From assembly GCA_000442015.1 (NCBI GenBank), contig KE561300.1, positions 62,001 to 126,000 of the forward strand: DNA of 64,000 nt, written 5' to 3'. Positions 27,446-41,772 of this stretch are shown piece by piece. The notes beneath the pieces are model-generated. The model did no database searches, was not told the origin of the DNA, and was given only the letters and a program-made list of their open reading frames with translations. Numbering within the stretch: the stretch's first letter is position 1; each line of letters starts with the position of its first letter. The stretch is from Rozella allomycis CSF55 (Eukaryota). Both the position numbers and the translations under genes were made by a program.

Positions 27446-29062
27446 TTACATGTACAACATGGAAGAGCATAATTCTAAATCTTTCAAAACTTTGGCTATT
27501 GATGCTGCAATAGAAGATTCGTTTCCAAGGGATATAAATTTATGAAACTGAACAAATTCTTTCAATAAAACATCAATTCCGTCAATGCACTTTGCAGCTA
27601 ATATATCTAAATTATTTCTCACAATATTCAATACTGTGTAAACATTGAAATTTTGATGGGGAATTACGAACCAGGCAACCCAACAATAAAGCGATGTACG
27701 CGGCCGTGACGTTGTTGTCAGTCTGATATAATACAAAGCTAAAGTGAATACCTCGTTCTCTTTAGATACTATAAAAATATACATATTGGTTAGTTCATTA
27801 ATGAAATCATCATTCCCTTTGCCAATACGATGAAGTGCATACCTGATATGGAATCGGCGTGACCCAAGGAAGAAGAAGACACATTTATCATAACACCAAG
27901 AGAATGCACAAAGATATCATATAATAAAGCGTCTTTTTCGTTCTGACTATAATACAAAAATGATGAAAGGCACGAACACATTAAAGTGGGGATTAATGGT
28001 GCAGCATCAAAGGTTGCAATTGTTGATAAGTTTATAAAAATGGTTAGAATACTATTCCACATCAGTAGAGACGATGTTTCTTTATCTTTGTCTGTAATTT
28101 GAAATATCAAATTTAATCGATCTAGAAGGAAGAGAGATAATCCGTCAACTTCAATCAATTTCTTGGGATAATCAAGAGAGAGTCTTTGAATAGCTTGTAA
28201 ATAAATAATTTGCTCATCTTTAAAATCCTTAAAATTTTCAATAAATTGAATAACAAAACTGGAAATCTCTGGGGTTTTTAGTTCAATTTCCCTAAAAGCG
28301 GAAAATTTTCTAATAATTTTATAGCAAGTTTCATTGGCAAGCATAGAAGACAGAATAAACATGGCCTCCTCTTTGAATTGTCCTTCAAAAAAATCTACTT
28401 TTATGGATTCTTCGCAGGAAAGCCAATCAATTATTATATAAAGGGTTTCTTCTATATCAGAGATCAAAATCAAATTTCGAAGATCTTTTGCTAGATATGA
28501 CAAAACTACCAATAAACAATTTTCAATGTTTTTATTCTTGACCAGCCTCATCATATGAATTAATAAGGTATTAGTTTTATCATGTATTCTAAGTTTCATC
28601 CCAAACTTTGGTGTTTTTCTTATCAGTTTTATTAATTCCATGCAACTAATTGACCATGGCAAAAACTCATGTACCAATCAACCTGTACAGCACTGGAACT
28701 TTTTTGATCCAGACCATCTAGTATATAATCAATTTCTTCAGAGAATCTATTTGCTTTCCCCTTGTTCAGAAAAGAATTAATTTTGCTGATTTTGATGTTC
28801 TGAATGTCAAAAATAAGTAATGGTTTACGTCTTCGTCTATAACGTCAGGATCTTTATTTAAAAACGAAAAATCTGACAAATCACGTTCTTTAGCAAAAGT
28901 TAAATTGTGTCTTTCGTAAGTTTTTGAACTTGACCTCTTCAAGATACCTGGTTCATCAACACTGTCTGTCGTTTTCTGGTAAAGGGTGTCTGAATTTTTT
29001 GTTCTTGCCAGAGATTTATTTTTTGAAACATTTTTGTAAGTTTTTAAAGGCTGTTGCTTCAT
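27446..29062 (-). CDS. Wings apart-like cohesin release factor (Wapl/Rad61-like)
   Basis: KGKANRFSEEIDYILDGL motif followed by ARM-like helical domain. Confidence 0.65.
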
Positions 29063-29105
29063 ATCTATAAATCAATGAAGTCCGAAATTTCTGAAATCAT
29101 AGTGC

Positions 29106-29883
29106 ATGAGCGACTCTGAGCCATTAAAAGTCGATTGTTCTTCATGTCGAAAATGGAGAGAGAAATATTTAGCAAGAAATAAAGAACTAAATGAATTGAA
29201 GTCACTAAAAAATGGAGGACATGACAATCTGTACTCACAAGTAAGCGTGTATATATTACTTGTATAAAAGGAAAATCATGATAACTTGGCAAAGGAAGTG
29301 GAAAGGTTAAAGAAAGAAAGGGGCAAAATATGGATGGACTTGGAGCGTGAAGAAGAATTAATAACAAATAACTTGCAAAAGAAGATGGAAAAGCTTGAAA
29401 AAGAAAAAGAAGAGTTGGAAACAAAGCTTTCTAGCGCTACTGTGAGCATGAAAAACAGCGTCGATGATTTTACCGTATTCAGGTCCAGTGGTAACCATTT
29501 TAGCACATATTTAACAGATGAAAGCTCGAGAGTAGAAGAATTAGAAAATGAAATCAAATTATTGAGAAATGAAAACTATTTACTAAAGCTAAAATTGGCT
29601 AGGGAAGAAGAAATGGTTTCCGAGCTTCATCAAGAAAAAGAAGAATTAGCTGTTGCTCTTGAAGCAGACGAGGAGCTGTAAGAAATATACTCCATATCGA
29701 AATAGGTTTTTTAACACTGCCACATCGCCAAACCCAAATGGCCGGCATCGAAGGCAGCGCACTCTTTCATCGAACTCTACTACATCTTCTCTGATTGTCA
29801 CCTCTCCAGTAAAGAGAACAAGAACTCAAAGTGCTGAACGCGGGCTATCTGCCAAATGGGTAAAACACTTGTGGCTAAGTTAG
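29106..29883 (+). CDS. CCDC6 (DUF2046)-like coiled-coil protein (3' end uncertain)
   Basis: LEREEELITNNLQKKMEKLEKEKEEL; LEADEE..FFN. Confidence 0.6.
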
Positions 29884-29924
29884 CTAGTACAACAAGCGAT
29901 CCTCCTCAGCCAGTGGAAATTAAT

Positions 29925-30686
29925 ATGAAACCTTCAAATTTTTACGCAATTTTCCATAATATAAAATGCCCTTCTTCATATGTGTTGTATCATCCACTTA
30001 TTGCTTCTGTTCCAGATGAGGATCCTATTTTTTTCATATCTTTTTCACAGTCTTTTTTTCACATAAGCTCTATATGCAAAAGACTCAGTATTAAAAAGAA
30101 TTTGACTATTGCGACACTCTTCCCGACAGCTATTGCTTCTGCTTCCCATGTTTTGATTCCACTAGAAAACGTTTGCCAGGCATTCGATGCGGCAAAAGAA
30201 TTTATTGAAAAACATTCGAATCCCGTAGTTATAGTTGAAGATATTTCAAGCCTAGTTGTGTTGGGAAAAGGTTCAAAGGAATTAGCTGGTAAAGTTAGCA
30301 CTTTGTGGCATCTTGTTCAGGAAAAAGTAACGATTATTTATATCTGTAACTAATAGAATGGAAACATGATTGTTTCATGTGATTCTTCAGCTGATTTTAC
30401 GGATTCTTGCGATCTTGTCGAGCGGCTCATGTCTTGTAGCGAATTGTATCTCTGTCTTCGACCTCTTACAAGTGGAACAAGTTCCGAAATTGAAGGCCAA
30501 GTATGTACATTTCTTACATTTCAATAGTTAATTTTGGCTAAAGGTGGGAGATACGTATGCAGTGATACTCCATTTCTACACGAGTCTAAAATGAATTTGC
30601 ATTTTGGATCTATGTATCATTTTCGATGGAATGACACACTTGGGCTTCAGTGCTTTAATAAGGGACTCTCAAAGCAAACTATCTAA
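29925..30686 (+). CDS. Elongator subunit 6-like (RecA-like fold)
   Basis: FFISFSQSFFHISSICKRLS; VIVEDISSL; LRPLTSGTSSEIEGQL. Confidence 0.7.
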
Positions 30687-30701
30687 AGAATAAAGGTTCA
30701 T

Positions 30702-32212
30702 TTATTTATCATATTTTTTGTACTGTTCTATTAAATTTTGTATGTTATCCAGGGCAGAGTTGAAATGATCGTTTTCCATAAACTCGAGATAATGATATAA
30801 ATGTGCTTTTCTTCGATAAAGTTTCAAAAATCTTGATTCAATACCTTCAAAAGTGGATGCAATTGACGTATTGTTAGATATAGACAAAACTGTACGCTCC
30901 TATCTATTAAAATCAGTTAAAGTACTGAGAGTAGAGATGGATTCGAGCAATGGCCAACCTTCCATCCATCTTGATTCCAATCTACAAATCTCAGCTGTCT
31001 CTTTAGCTTGTCTATGCTGCGGCGAATATCAGTCAAAGTAAAGTTGCCTCTACAGATAACAGCGGAAGCCAAATATCTTATTTAGTACAATACCAAAAAT
31101 TACGTGTGAGCTTTGGGATTTGTGTCTACTAACATAAACTCTCGTTGGAATAAGTCATTGAATAGTTGATCCGTCCTGAAATAGCAGAGATTTAAAAATT
31201 ACCTCAATGGCTGTAGCTTGGCAGGTTTGAAGAGTGGCGCCATGCTAGTCAAAAGGAAATGCAATTTTGGGAATGGGACAAGATTGGAGGATATTTCATT
31301 TAAATCGACGTTTAGTTCCCCATTAAATCTCATTGAACAAGTAAGATTTAGGAGGAGATTTGCGACGATAGAATTCATGTCGTCAAAGGTTGCCCTCTTG
31401 TCTTTCTTCTGTGGACCAGCAAGCGTATTCTTTGCGTCTTTTATTGAATTCATTTTATCACAAATTGAAAGAAGGCATTTATTTTCTATTGGAAAAACAC
31501 AATCAGCATAATTCACCAATGTGTCTAGGCATAGCAAACTAGATATATGAAAAGAATAGGTGATACCTATTATATGGGCTTGTAATTACAACGTCTTCAA
31601 CTGATGGAAATACGCTGACACACATTCTCATCACATCAGGATATTCATTCGCTAATGTTTGGCATATAAATGATCCCAATCCTGACCCAGTGCCACCTGA
31701 AATAGATTGAAGCAGGAAAAATGACTGTAGAGAATCACAATGCTCCGCTTGTATTCTCACTTGATTCAAAATAGATTCCTTGTATCGATGCCCATATTCA
31801 TGATATCCTTGAGCCCAATTATTTCCACTGCCAGACACATCCGATACCAATTGCTGAGTATCGAAGATTTCCCGTATAGGATTTTTGTTTAATTGATTGA
31901 CAATGACCCCTTCTTCCATATCTACTAGAAGAGCCTTTTATAAAGTTGCAGAAAGGAATACTCTGGCTTTTAGTTGATTTATCCTGCTTTGTGGAGGCAG
32001 AGGTTTTCCATTCTTTTCGTTTCTAAAAAAGGTACACATTTCATCATCGTAAATTCCTGAAGGGTTGAAATGGGCGTGTTCTTGTAAAGCCAATTCCCAG
32101 AACCGTGTTCCGATCTACTAAAGATTGCAGAATTTAATACCTGATTTCCACACTGACCAACTTTTACAGTGGATATAATCTAATTACCTTGGACAAAAAT
32201 GGATTCTGCCAT
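30702..32212 (-). CDS. TUBE1: Epsilon-tubulin
   Basis: MAESIFVQVGQCGNQIG; DMEEGV; SDVSGSGNNWA; GGTGSGLG; DVVITSPYN; LYRRKAHLYHY. Confidence 0.93.
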
Positions 32213-32243
32213 AAAAATTGAGAATTGAAATTTCAGAAAGTAA

Positions 32244-33993
32244 ATGTTGACGTTGGTCAATCTATTATTCTTGCCGGTCAAGGTATGTCAAAAGGCGGCA
32301 ACCGCTTACCTGGATTTCATTGACTTTTGGTGCAGAGTAATTGATTATTTGTAATCTAATAGGTGTTTTTTGTGTCGATTTATCCGACTACCAGGAAAGC
32401 AAATAAATTGCTTTATGACATGGCAGAGGCGAAAAATTATAATGAATGGTTCAGAATAGCCAAAGAGTATGAAAGGTAATTGGGATGGATGTTCATGATA
32501 AAGAATGTCCGGGGTGATTGAGTGGCAAAGAAATCCAAAGTCTTCGTACTATGATTCAGATATGATTGCAAACAAGCTCCATTATTTAAAAAAGATAGAG
32601 CATAGTTCGGATTCATCATTGCTTTTGTTTCATTTGAGAGCCGGGATGATTAGAAATTTGGGGGGTATTGTTGATCCACATTTGTATTCCAATTGTTATA
32701 CGGGCTCCAAAATATTGATTCATGATTATTTGAAAGAAGCTGTAAAAATAATTAAGCACTTAATGGATGATTTGGGCAACAATGCAAATACAATGAAAAG
32801 GGAATTTCTTACTGATACAATAAAGGCGTATGGAAGGACAGCTTTATTTCTTATTGGGGGTGTAGGGTTCGGAACGACTCATTTAGGCGTCGTCAAAGCA
32901 ATGCTCGAAAAAAGGCTTCTGCCCAGAGTGATTTGTGGATCAGCTGTGGGTGCTGTAGTTGCATCATTAGTTTGTGTGTTAGATGATGAAGAATTATTGG
33001 AATTACTTAATGAAGTGAACATTGACTTGAGTGCATTTGAAAAGATAGGAAGTAAAGGAAGTTTAAGAAGAAAAATTGTGAGATTTCTGAAACATGGTAA
33101 ACATTTTTTAATGAATTAATAGGTTATTTGTTTGATGTGAACATTCTTGAAGAATGCATTAGAGCGAACATTGGGGACATCACATTTTATGAAGCATATT
33201 CCAGAACTGGAAGGGAATTGAATATTGTCGTTCAATCATCAAGAAAGCATGAAGTTCCTTTAATATTAAGCCATTTAACAGCTCCTGATGTAGTGATTTG
33301 GTCTGCTGCTTCTGCCAGTTGTGCGATCCCTGGTTTGTATGATTCAGTTCCATTGTTATGCAAAGATGCCAAAGGAAATTTAAGTCATTGGCATGCTACA
33401 GGTATTAAATGGTTAGATTCTTCTTTCCAAACGTAATAATTATCATAAAAGGTTTTTATAGGGAAAAGACAATTGTTAGATTGTCAGAATTGTTTAATGT
33501 TAATCACATCATCGTTTCACAAGCTAATCCTTATATTGTTCCATTTCTTCAACCAACTTATTGCAATAAAAATGGTAACCTTTTTCTTTTCCTCGTGACA
33601 GGCATTCTATTTTTCATATTGAAATTTGGAATGGAAGAATTTAGGCACAGATGGTATCAATTAAAAGAAATTGGATTCTTACCAAACTTTATTTTAAATT
33701 TACAAAAAGTGTTTAGAGGCGCCATCAGAGGTGACGTCACTATTGTCCCTTCTTTTTCAAAATTTGATTATCTTCATTTGCTAGAAAATCCAACAGTTGA
33801 TTCAATAAAAGATGGAATCTTAAAAGGCGAAAAGGCAACCTGGCCTTTATTGGCTAGCATTGAAGCTAGATGCCTCATTGAATTTACATTGCAAGAATTT
33901 TACGACAAGATGTCAAAAGCTAAATCACAGAAACAAGTTCAGGTTGATCCTGCTGCTTTTTCTGCCAAAAAACGAACAAAATCATTTCATTAA
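32244..33993 (+). CDS. Patatin-domain triacylglycerol lipase family (Tgl3-like)
   Basis: YGRTALFLIGG; LLPRVICGSAVG; TAPDVVIWSAASASCA; LSELFNVNHIIVSQANP. Confidence 0.88.
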
Positions 33994-34040
33994 ATGTATT
34001 AAATTAAAATTAACAAAAACACCATTTTATTTCCGCTATT

Positions 34041-34580
34041 TTAATTTCTATCGGTATTTGCATTATTGTTTAGCATTGGCGCTGATGCATTATCAGGCCC
34101 TTCACCCTCATGCCAAGTGAGCGGCAAACCCATTCCCGCTCTTGTCTTCACTGCCTTTCTAGTCTTTTGCACAGTGAAAATCTATATCCACAATATTTAA
34201 TATGATACCTTGATAATTAGAGATGTGATTACCAAAACTAGAGCAAAATAGAATGCAGGATCTGTAAATCCAGTGATGTTGATTGCCAACCACGCAATAT
34301 CTACGATAACACTGGAAGCTGAGAGATAATAAAACTTTGAATTAAATTTAATGGTATTACGTATTTAATTGGCTCAGAAGAGTCTAAATGATGCACCGAG
34401 AAAATCCCAAACAAGTATAATGCTAAATTGTAACTTGATATTGACTGTTGTCCTATTGATGCTGCTAAATACAGGCACTATTGGAAGAAGGTGAATTTTG
34501 TTTACCGAATGGACAAACAGCCAGTGTTCTAACGCCATTGAGAAATTTACAATGGAGTGAGACATCGCGCCTTTAAACAT
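34041..34580 (-). CDS. AGTRAP-like small multi-TM protein (4 exons; missed by the ORF track)
   Basis: Spliced HWLF..SYNLALYLFGIFSVHHLDSSEPIKYF..SVIVDIAWL..FALVLVITSLIIKIF..KTRAG resembles the AGTRAP pattern. Confidence 0.55.
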
Positions 34581-34832
34581 TATTCTAATTTTTGATAGAA
34601 TATTTAATCGAGCAATTAATAAATCATAAATCATTAAAAAACCCATATTTTACCCTCATTGTTGTTTCTCATTTCAAGATAATGTTTTACATCAGGCCGA
34701 GTTTTAAACTTTAAAGCCATGAATAAAATTTAAGCTGAAATGAATTTTTATTTTGATCATTCTATTATCACAAGAATAGTTAATATCAAGCGATGTATTC
34801 CGATCGACCCTTGCAATTTCTACTTTCATAAT

Positions 34833-36555
<1,723 letters not shown>

Positions 36556-36662
36556 ATAAAACTTCTTTTCCTTTAGTTAGATACCTATAATTAGCTGTTT
36601 CATCCCAAACATAGAATCAGTCCCTATAAAACCAGCTTTTATCCCCCTTTTCGCAACAACAA

Positions 36663-37826
36663 ATGTTCAAAAAAGTTTTGCTTGTAACTGTCTTGGCATC
36701 CATGGCTATTGTAAATGCTAACCCGCAAGATGCAAAGGCATATAATAGTGGAAGTCCTTCTTCTACTACTCCCGCTACTTCTGCAAATAATAATACTAAA
36801 GACACTTCCACGACATCAAAGCCCGCTAAAGACTACAATACTTCTTCAAATGAAAACAACTCTGGCTCTGGTTCAGGTTCAGGTTCTAGTTCAGGCTCAA
36901 ATTCTGGTTCAAGTTCCAGTTCTGGTTCGGGTTCAGACTCAAGCTCAGGTTCCAGTTCTGGTTCTAGCTCAAATTCCGGTGGCTCTAGTTCTAGCTCTGG
37001 CTCTTCTGGTGGTTCTTCATCATCATCAAAGTCAGGTGGTAAAAAACGAAGATCCCACAGGCGTAGATCAAGAGGAGGCTCGAGTCAACACGGAGAGCAA
37101 GAGTCAAATGAATCTGCATCAAACGGCAACTCCCAATCCGGAGGTTCTCACGGACATTGGGGGCGAAACTCGGGAAAAAGTTCAAGAGATTATTCTGGAG
37201 GTTCCAACAGTAGTGGGGGATCTTCAGGTGCTGGTGAAAATAGCTCCGCATCTGAGGGTGGATCTAATAGCAGCAGCTCCAATCACGGAAATTCAGGCGG
37301 ACATGGCGGCTCAAATACTGCAGGTAGCTCGTATGGTGGGTTAAGCGAGTCAAATTCTGGATTTGGTGGATTTAATAATGGAGGCCACGGCAAATCTATG
37401 ACAGATGTCTTATCTGGTTTTGGAGGCTCCAGTCATAATGGTTCCTCTTCAGGAAAAGGTTATGAATCTTCAAGTCACGGAAAAGGTCGGGGTGGCAAGG
37501 GAGGAAATTCTTCGGGTTATGGACTGACCAATCAAGGCGATGATGAGTCGAGTCATGGTTCCTACTTTGGTAACGGTGGCGCCAAAGGCGGTAGGTCATC
37601 AGGACACGGAGGAGGTTTCGGCAAAGGTAATGGCTCTTCTTGGACAGGTAATTCATCCAATAATGGTGGGGGTTCTAAAGGGGGTTCAAGTGCTAATGGC
37701 GGTGCAGATTGTGACAAAGGATCGTTTGGCCAATACGATGTAAAATCAAATTCATGGAGTTTAAATGCTTCAGCTAGTGTAATTTTAGCAGCTGTCTCCT
37801 ACTGTATTTACAATAGTGTTCTTTAA
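36663..37826 (+). CDS. Secreted Ser/Gly/Asn-rich low-complexity protein with putative GPI signal
   Basis: Signal peptide [21 protein letters not shown] repeats; hydrophobic C-terminus; intronless. Confidence 0.8.
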   Translation: MFKKVLLVTVLASMAIVNANPQDAKAYNSGSPSSTTPATSANNNTKDTSTTSKPAKDYNTSSNENNSGSGSGSGSSSGSNSGSSSSSGSGSDSSSGSSSGSSSNSGGSSSSSGSSGGSSSSSKSGGKKRRSHRRRSRGGSSQHGEQESNESASNGNSQSGGSHGHWGRNSGKSSRDYSGGSNSSGGSSGAGENSSASEGGSNSSSSNHGNSGGHGGSNTAGSSYGGLSESNSGFGGFNNGGHGKSMTDVLSGFGGSSHNGSSSGKGYESSSHGKGRGGKGGNSSGYGLTNQGDDESSHGSYFGNGGAKGGRSSGHGGGFGKGNGSSWTGNSSNNGGGSKGGSSANGGADCDKGSFGQYDVKSNSWSLNASASVILAAVSYCIYNSVL

Positions 37827-37859
37827 TAAAGCCATTTTTACGAAATTTCAAATTGTTTG

Positions 37860-38903
37860 ATGGTTCTTGAATCAACCTTTTTAGTGTAAATATATGTCCC
37901 TAATATGTTATAGCTTGGACAACAGTGAATGGATGAGAAATGGAGATTATTTTCCTAATCGGTTTGATGCCCAAAAGGACGGTGTTCAACTTGTTTTTAA
38001 TGCAAAATTTCAGGGTCACCAAGAAAACACTGTGGGTGTATTGGCTATGGCTGGTAAAGCGTAAGAAAAAATATTAAGATGTGAATAAGTCCTGAAGTTC
38101 TTGTAACTTGCACGAACACAAGGGGTCAAGTTTTAAATGCACTTCATGAAATGAAAGTGGGTGGCAAGATTCATTTTGCCCACGGAATACAAATAGCTCA
38201 AGTAATATTTGCAACATGTTTTGTTCTAGCTAGCTTTAAAACATCGTTTGAATAAGAATCAAAGCCAAAGAATTGTTGCTTTTGTAGGTAGTCCCATAAC
38301 TGATACAGAAGAAGAATTAATTAAGCTTGGAAAAAAATTAAAGAAAAATGGAGTAGCCGTTGACGTCGTAAATTTCGGCGAGGAAAACGAGAACAACCAA
38401 ATTCTTGTTTCATTTATTAACAATGTTAATTCAAATGACAATAGGTAAAGTATTCATTTAATGGTTATTATAAGCCATTTAGTGACAATTCCACCTGGGA
38501 CCCACCAACTTAGTGACATGCTTGTTGCAACTCCGATCGTTTCCTCAGATGGCGTCATCCCATCCAATCCAAATGATTTTGAATTCGGAATTGATCCATC
38601 CCTTGACCCAGAACTTGCATTGGTAATTTAATGGATCATAAATTGTGTTAGGCCCTTAGAATATCGATGGAAGAGGAAAGAGCTAGACAAAATCAGCAAG
38701 AAGGCGGCCCATACATAGATCAACCTATGGAGACTGATGAAGATGAAGAACTTAGAAGAGCATTAGCTATGTCCATGCAAGATGCTACATCCGCAGAACA
38801 AGATATGACATCAATGCTACAAGACCTTCCTGGATTGGACCAAAATGATCCGAGAGTTAAAGATGCTTTGAATCCAAACAAATCACCCAAAAAAGATAAA
38901 TAA
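37860..38903 (+). CDS. RPN10: 26S proteasome subunit Rpn10/PSMD4
   Basis: MVLESTFLVLDNSEWMRNGDY; QRIVAFVGSP; DPSLDPELALALRISMEEERARQ; second UIM. Confidence 0.96.
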
Positions 38904-38947
38904 AATTGTTCCTATCCCATTTTATTAATTAATCGAGTGATCTGGTT

Positions 38948-39598
38948 TTAAAGTAGCGAGCATGACTTTTTCTTTTTCAACTTTACAATTAAAGCAGCTC
39001 GAGTTGCTTCTTCAAACACTTCGCGCACGCCCTCATTATTTTTAGCTGAACATTCCAGATATTTCACAGCTCCAATATTGGTAGCAATTTCTCTTGCCTT
39101 TTCATACGAAACTGGTTCTTGGCCATTCTTCGCTAGATCACTGATTGTTTTGGGATCATTTCTTAAGTCCATTTTGCAACCCACTAATATATATGGAAGT
39201 CCCTGACAGAAATGTATGACTTCAGTGACCCACTAATTATTGAGAAATCATACCAATTTTACTTTTTCCACTACATTAGACAATGAATCAGGTGAATCTA
39301 CAGCGTAACATATTAATATGACATGTGATTCTGGGTAACTTAATGGACGCAGCCGGTCATAGTCCTCTTGTCCTGCCGTATCCCAAAGCGCTAATTCAAC
39401 ATGCTTTCCATCTACTTCTACATCTGTCACGTAGTTCTCGAAAACGGTGGGTACATATTTCTAATGGCTTCCAGAAATCAAGTTTACCGTTGGAAATTCT
39501 TTTTTACAATATACAATCAACAAACATGTTTTCCCACAGGCACCATCCCCTACAATGACTAATTTTCGTCTGATCTTTCCTTCTTCGTCTCTTGGCAT
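38948..39598 (-). CDS. RHO1: Rho1/RhoA GTPase
   Basis: [53 protein letters not shown]. Confidence 0.95.
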
Positions 39599-39674
39599 AT
39601 CTAGTGGCACAGCCCTAATTTGATATTTGTCAACAAAGAAATACAATTTCAAACAAAAAGTCAAATATAGTTTA

Positions 39675-40662
39675 TTAACATTGTTTTATGGTTTTTCCGT
39701 GATTTCTATGCTCATATACAAAATTGCAGAAGAACCAGACTTCTTTTTCCCAGTCTAAAAATAGCTTGACCTGGATATATCTCAATGGAGCATCACCCCA
39801 TCTATGTGTAAATATCCGCTTAGTATCGTCAACAGCTTTAAAGAATTCTTCCATTTGGGGTGTTTTAAATCTTTTTATGTCAACAATTTCAAAGTTATTG
39901 TAAAATTGTGGGCACCCGTAGTCTTTTCGTTTGTCGGGACCAGGTATGTACAAATTATTCGTTTTTGCTAGAGTTTCATGACTTTTAATGTAATTATCGA
40001 CAAAATCCATTAATCCTTTATGAAAAATAAGATGTTTGAATACCTTCAATCACGAATGGCATTTCATCAGTAATCAATCTATAGGCGTAAGATTTGTTAT
40101 TGAAATTCATAAATTCAAACGGGTCTTCTAAAATTGGTGAGTGTATGAATGAATCTGTGTCTAAACGAAGATAATAGTCAAATTGCTTCACAATATCCTC
40201 ATACAAGATTTCATAAAACCAAAACCGAATCATCTTTTTATAACCATGTGCCCCTACCCATGCTACTTCTTTATCTTTTGTAAGATCTATATTTTCCGGC
40301 AGTTTCATATGCTTCAATACCAATTTGATATCTAAGCCGAGCTGAACTCCGAAATCCTGAAGCTTTTGCAAGCCGCTTTCTGAATAGGAATCATAAAAGA
40401 GGATGACGGGGTATTTCTTATTGTTTCCCGGAAGAAAATTCTTCTGAAGTAGCGTTAGACTTTCTCTCAATTGATCTTCTCGATTTTCTTGTATCAGATA
40501 TACAATGCATCCTGTTTTAGGTTTCGCAACTGATTTTGATGTAGCCATATCACTTTTTTCACTGGTTTTGTCATTTTGGTTCTTGAAGTGTAAGAGTATT
40601 AATAGCATGGATGCAGCGCACAAGATCATCAAAAGGTTTCGTTGATCTCTAACTTTTACCAT
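39675..40662 (-). CDS. GT15 (Kre2/Mnt1-like) alpha-1,2-mannosyltransferase
   Basis: N-terminal [34 protein letters not shown]; one short intron ~40016-40043. Confidence 0.88.
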
Positions 40663-40799
40663 TCGACTTTTAGTTGCTAGCTACTTTGCAAACATAAACA
40701 AATGTTATGGAAATGGAAATAGAAACATAAAACGTTACCAAATCTTGTCATTTATTATATGTACAAAGTGATATTTGTGCTAGTTCTTATCCTTTACAA

Positions 40800-41159
40800 T
40801 TATAATCTATTTCTTTTAGAAGGTGGTTCGTTTGAATAATTCGTATTCATATCATTACTAGGAGTCCAATTAGACACCGACATTGTTTGTGATGGTGATT
40901 GGTGCCAAAGTGTTCTTGCTTCGGCTTTCTTCCTCCTTTGATAAATAAAGTCATTTAAGCTATCTAATAAATCCTTTTCGGATCGTTCTGGCTGTTGCAA
41001 ATAGTTGGATATGAGGTTATCGAGATCCTTCAAGCAAAGTTTGTATCCGTTATCAAAAGAGCGCCTTTCAGATTGCACTGAATGTGTGTATAAATTTGAT
41101 ACGGCCTGAGCTGCATTACGAAAGGCTGTTGTTAAATGTTCAGTGTCCGTCGGTAACAT
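40800..41159 (-). CDS. HAPSTR1/C16orf72-like small nuclear protein
   Basis: LTTAFRNAAQAVSNLY..FDNGY..CLKDL and C-terminal PPSKRNRL NLS-like end. Confidence 0.6.
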   Translation of the reverse strand: MLPTDTEHLTTAFRNAAQAVSNLYTHSVQSERRSFDNGYKLCLKDLDNLISNYLQQPERSEKDLLDSLNDFIYQRRKKAEARTLWHQSPSQTMSVSNWTPSNDMNTNYSNEPPSKRNRL

Positions 41160-41237
41160 AAACTCCAAGCCACAGTCACCATAAGCTCATTGTTTTGGGG
41201 AAACAGACAAATTTAATTTAAAAGGTAATTTCAGAAT

Positions 41238-41365
41238 AAGGCCATTAAGTTCTGCGAGATTATCTAAGTAATCTTTGTAGCGATTCCCTGGCCTAATAGA
41301 AACTGTCTTTATTAGAACTGGTGCATCCGTTTAGTGAGGTATTGGCGTCAAAAAGTCTTACAATT
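41238..41365 (+). ncRNA. Box H/ACA snoRNA candidate
   Basis: Hairpin GGCCA..TGGCC with internal loop, H box ATAGAA (41296), weaker second hairpin, ACA at 41360 plus 3 nt. Confidence 0.6.
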
Positions 41366-41772
41366 CATTTAATTTGAGATAATACTTATGAAGATTCGAC
41401 TGTATTATAAACTTTAAACATATGTCAGTTATGCTAGTCTGTTTTAACTTTTACACCTGACTTGGTGCACACAGACCCTTTTGGCATTGAAAAATGTGTG
41501 TGTACATAAAAATAAAATTCATTTGTTTTACATAACATGCGCAAGGTTTTACACTTCTTTACATTATCGATTCAATTTCAGTCTCTGATATTCTGATTGT
41601 CTTTATGGCGAGTCAACGGCACGCTTTGCCTAGTTTTCATTGCTGGATATTTCAAATCTTACCGATTGAATTTAAAAGTACCGATAGAAACTAGAGATTT
41701 GTAATGTACGATGTGTGGCGCAGTCTTGGACTGACATTCAGGTAACGACAGCCTTACCAACAGTCAAATCAC

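Noticed and set aside
36715-37344. 209-aa alternative-frame ORF
   Set aside because: By-product of the low-complexity Ser/Gly codons of the real gene
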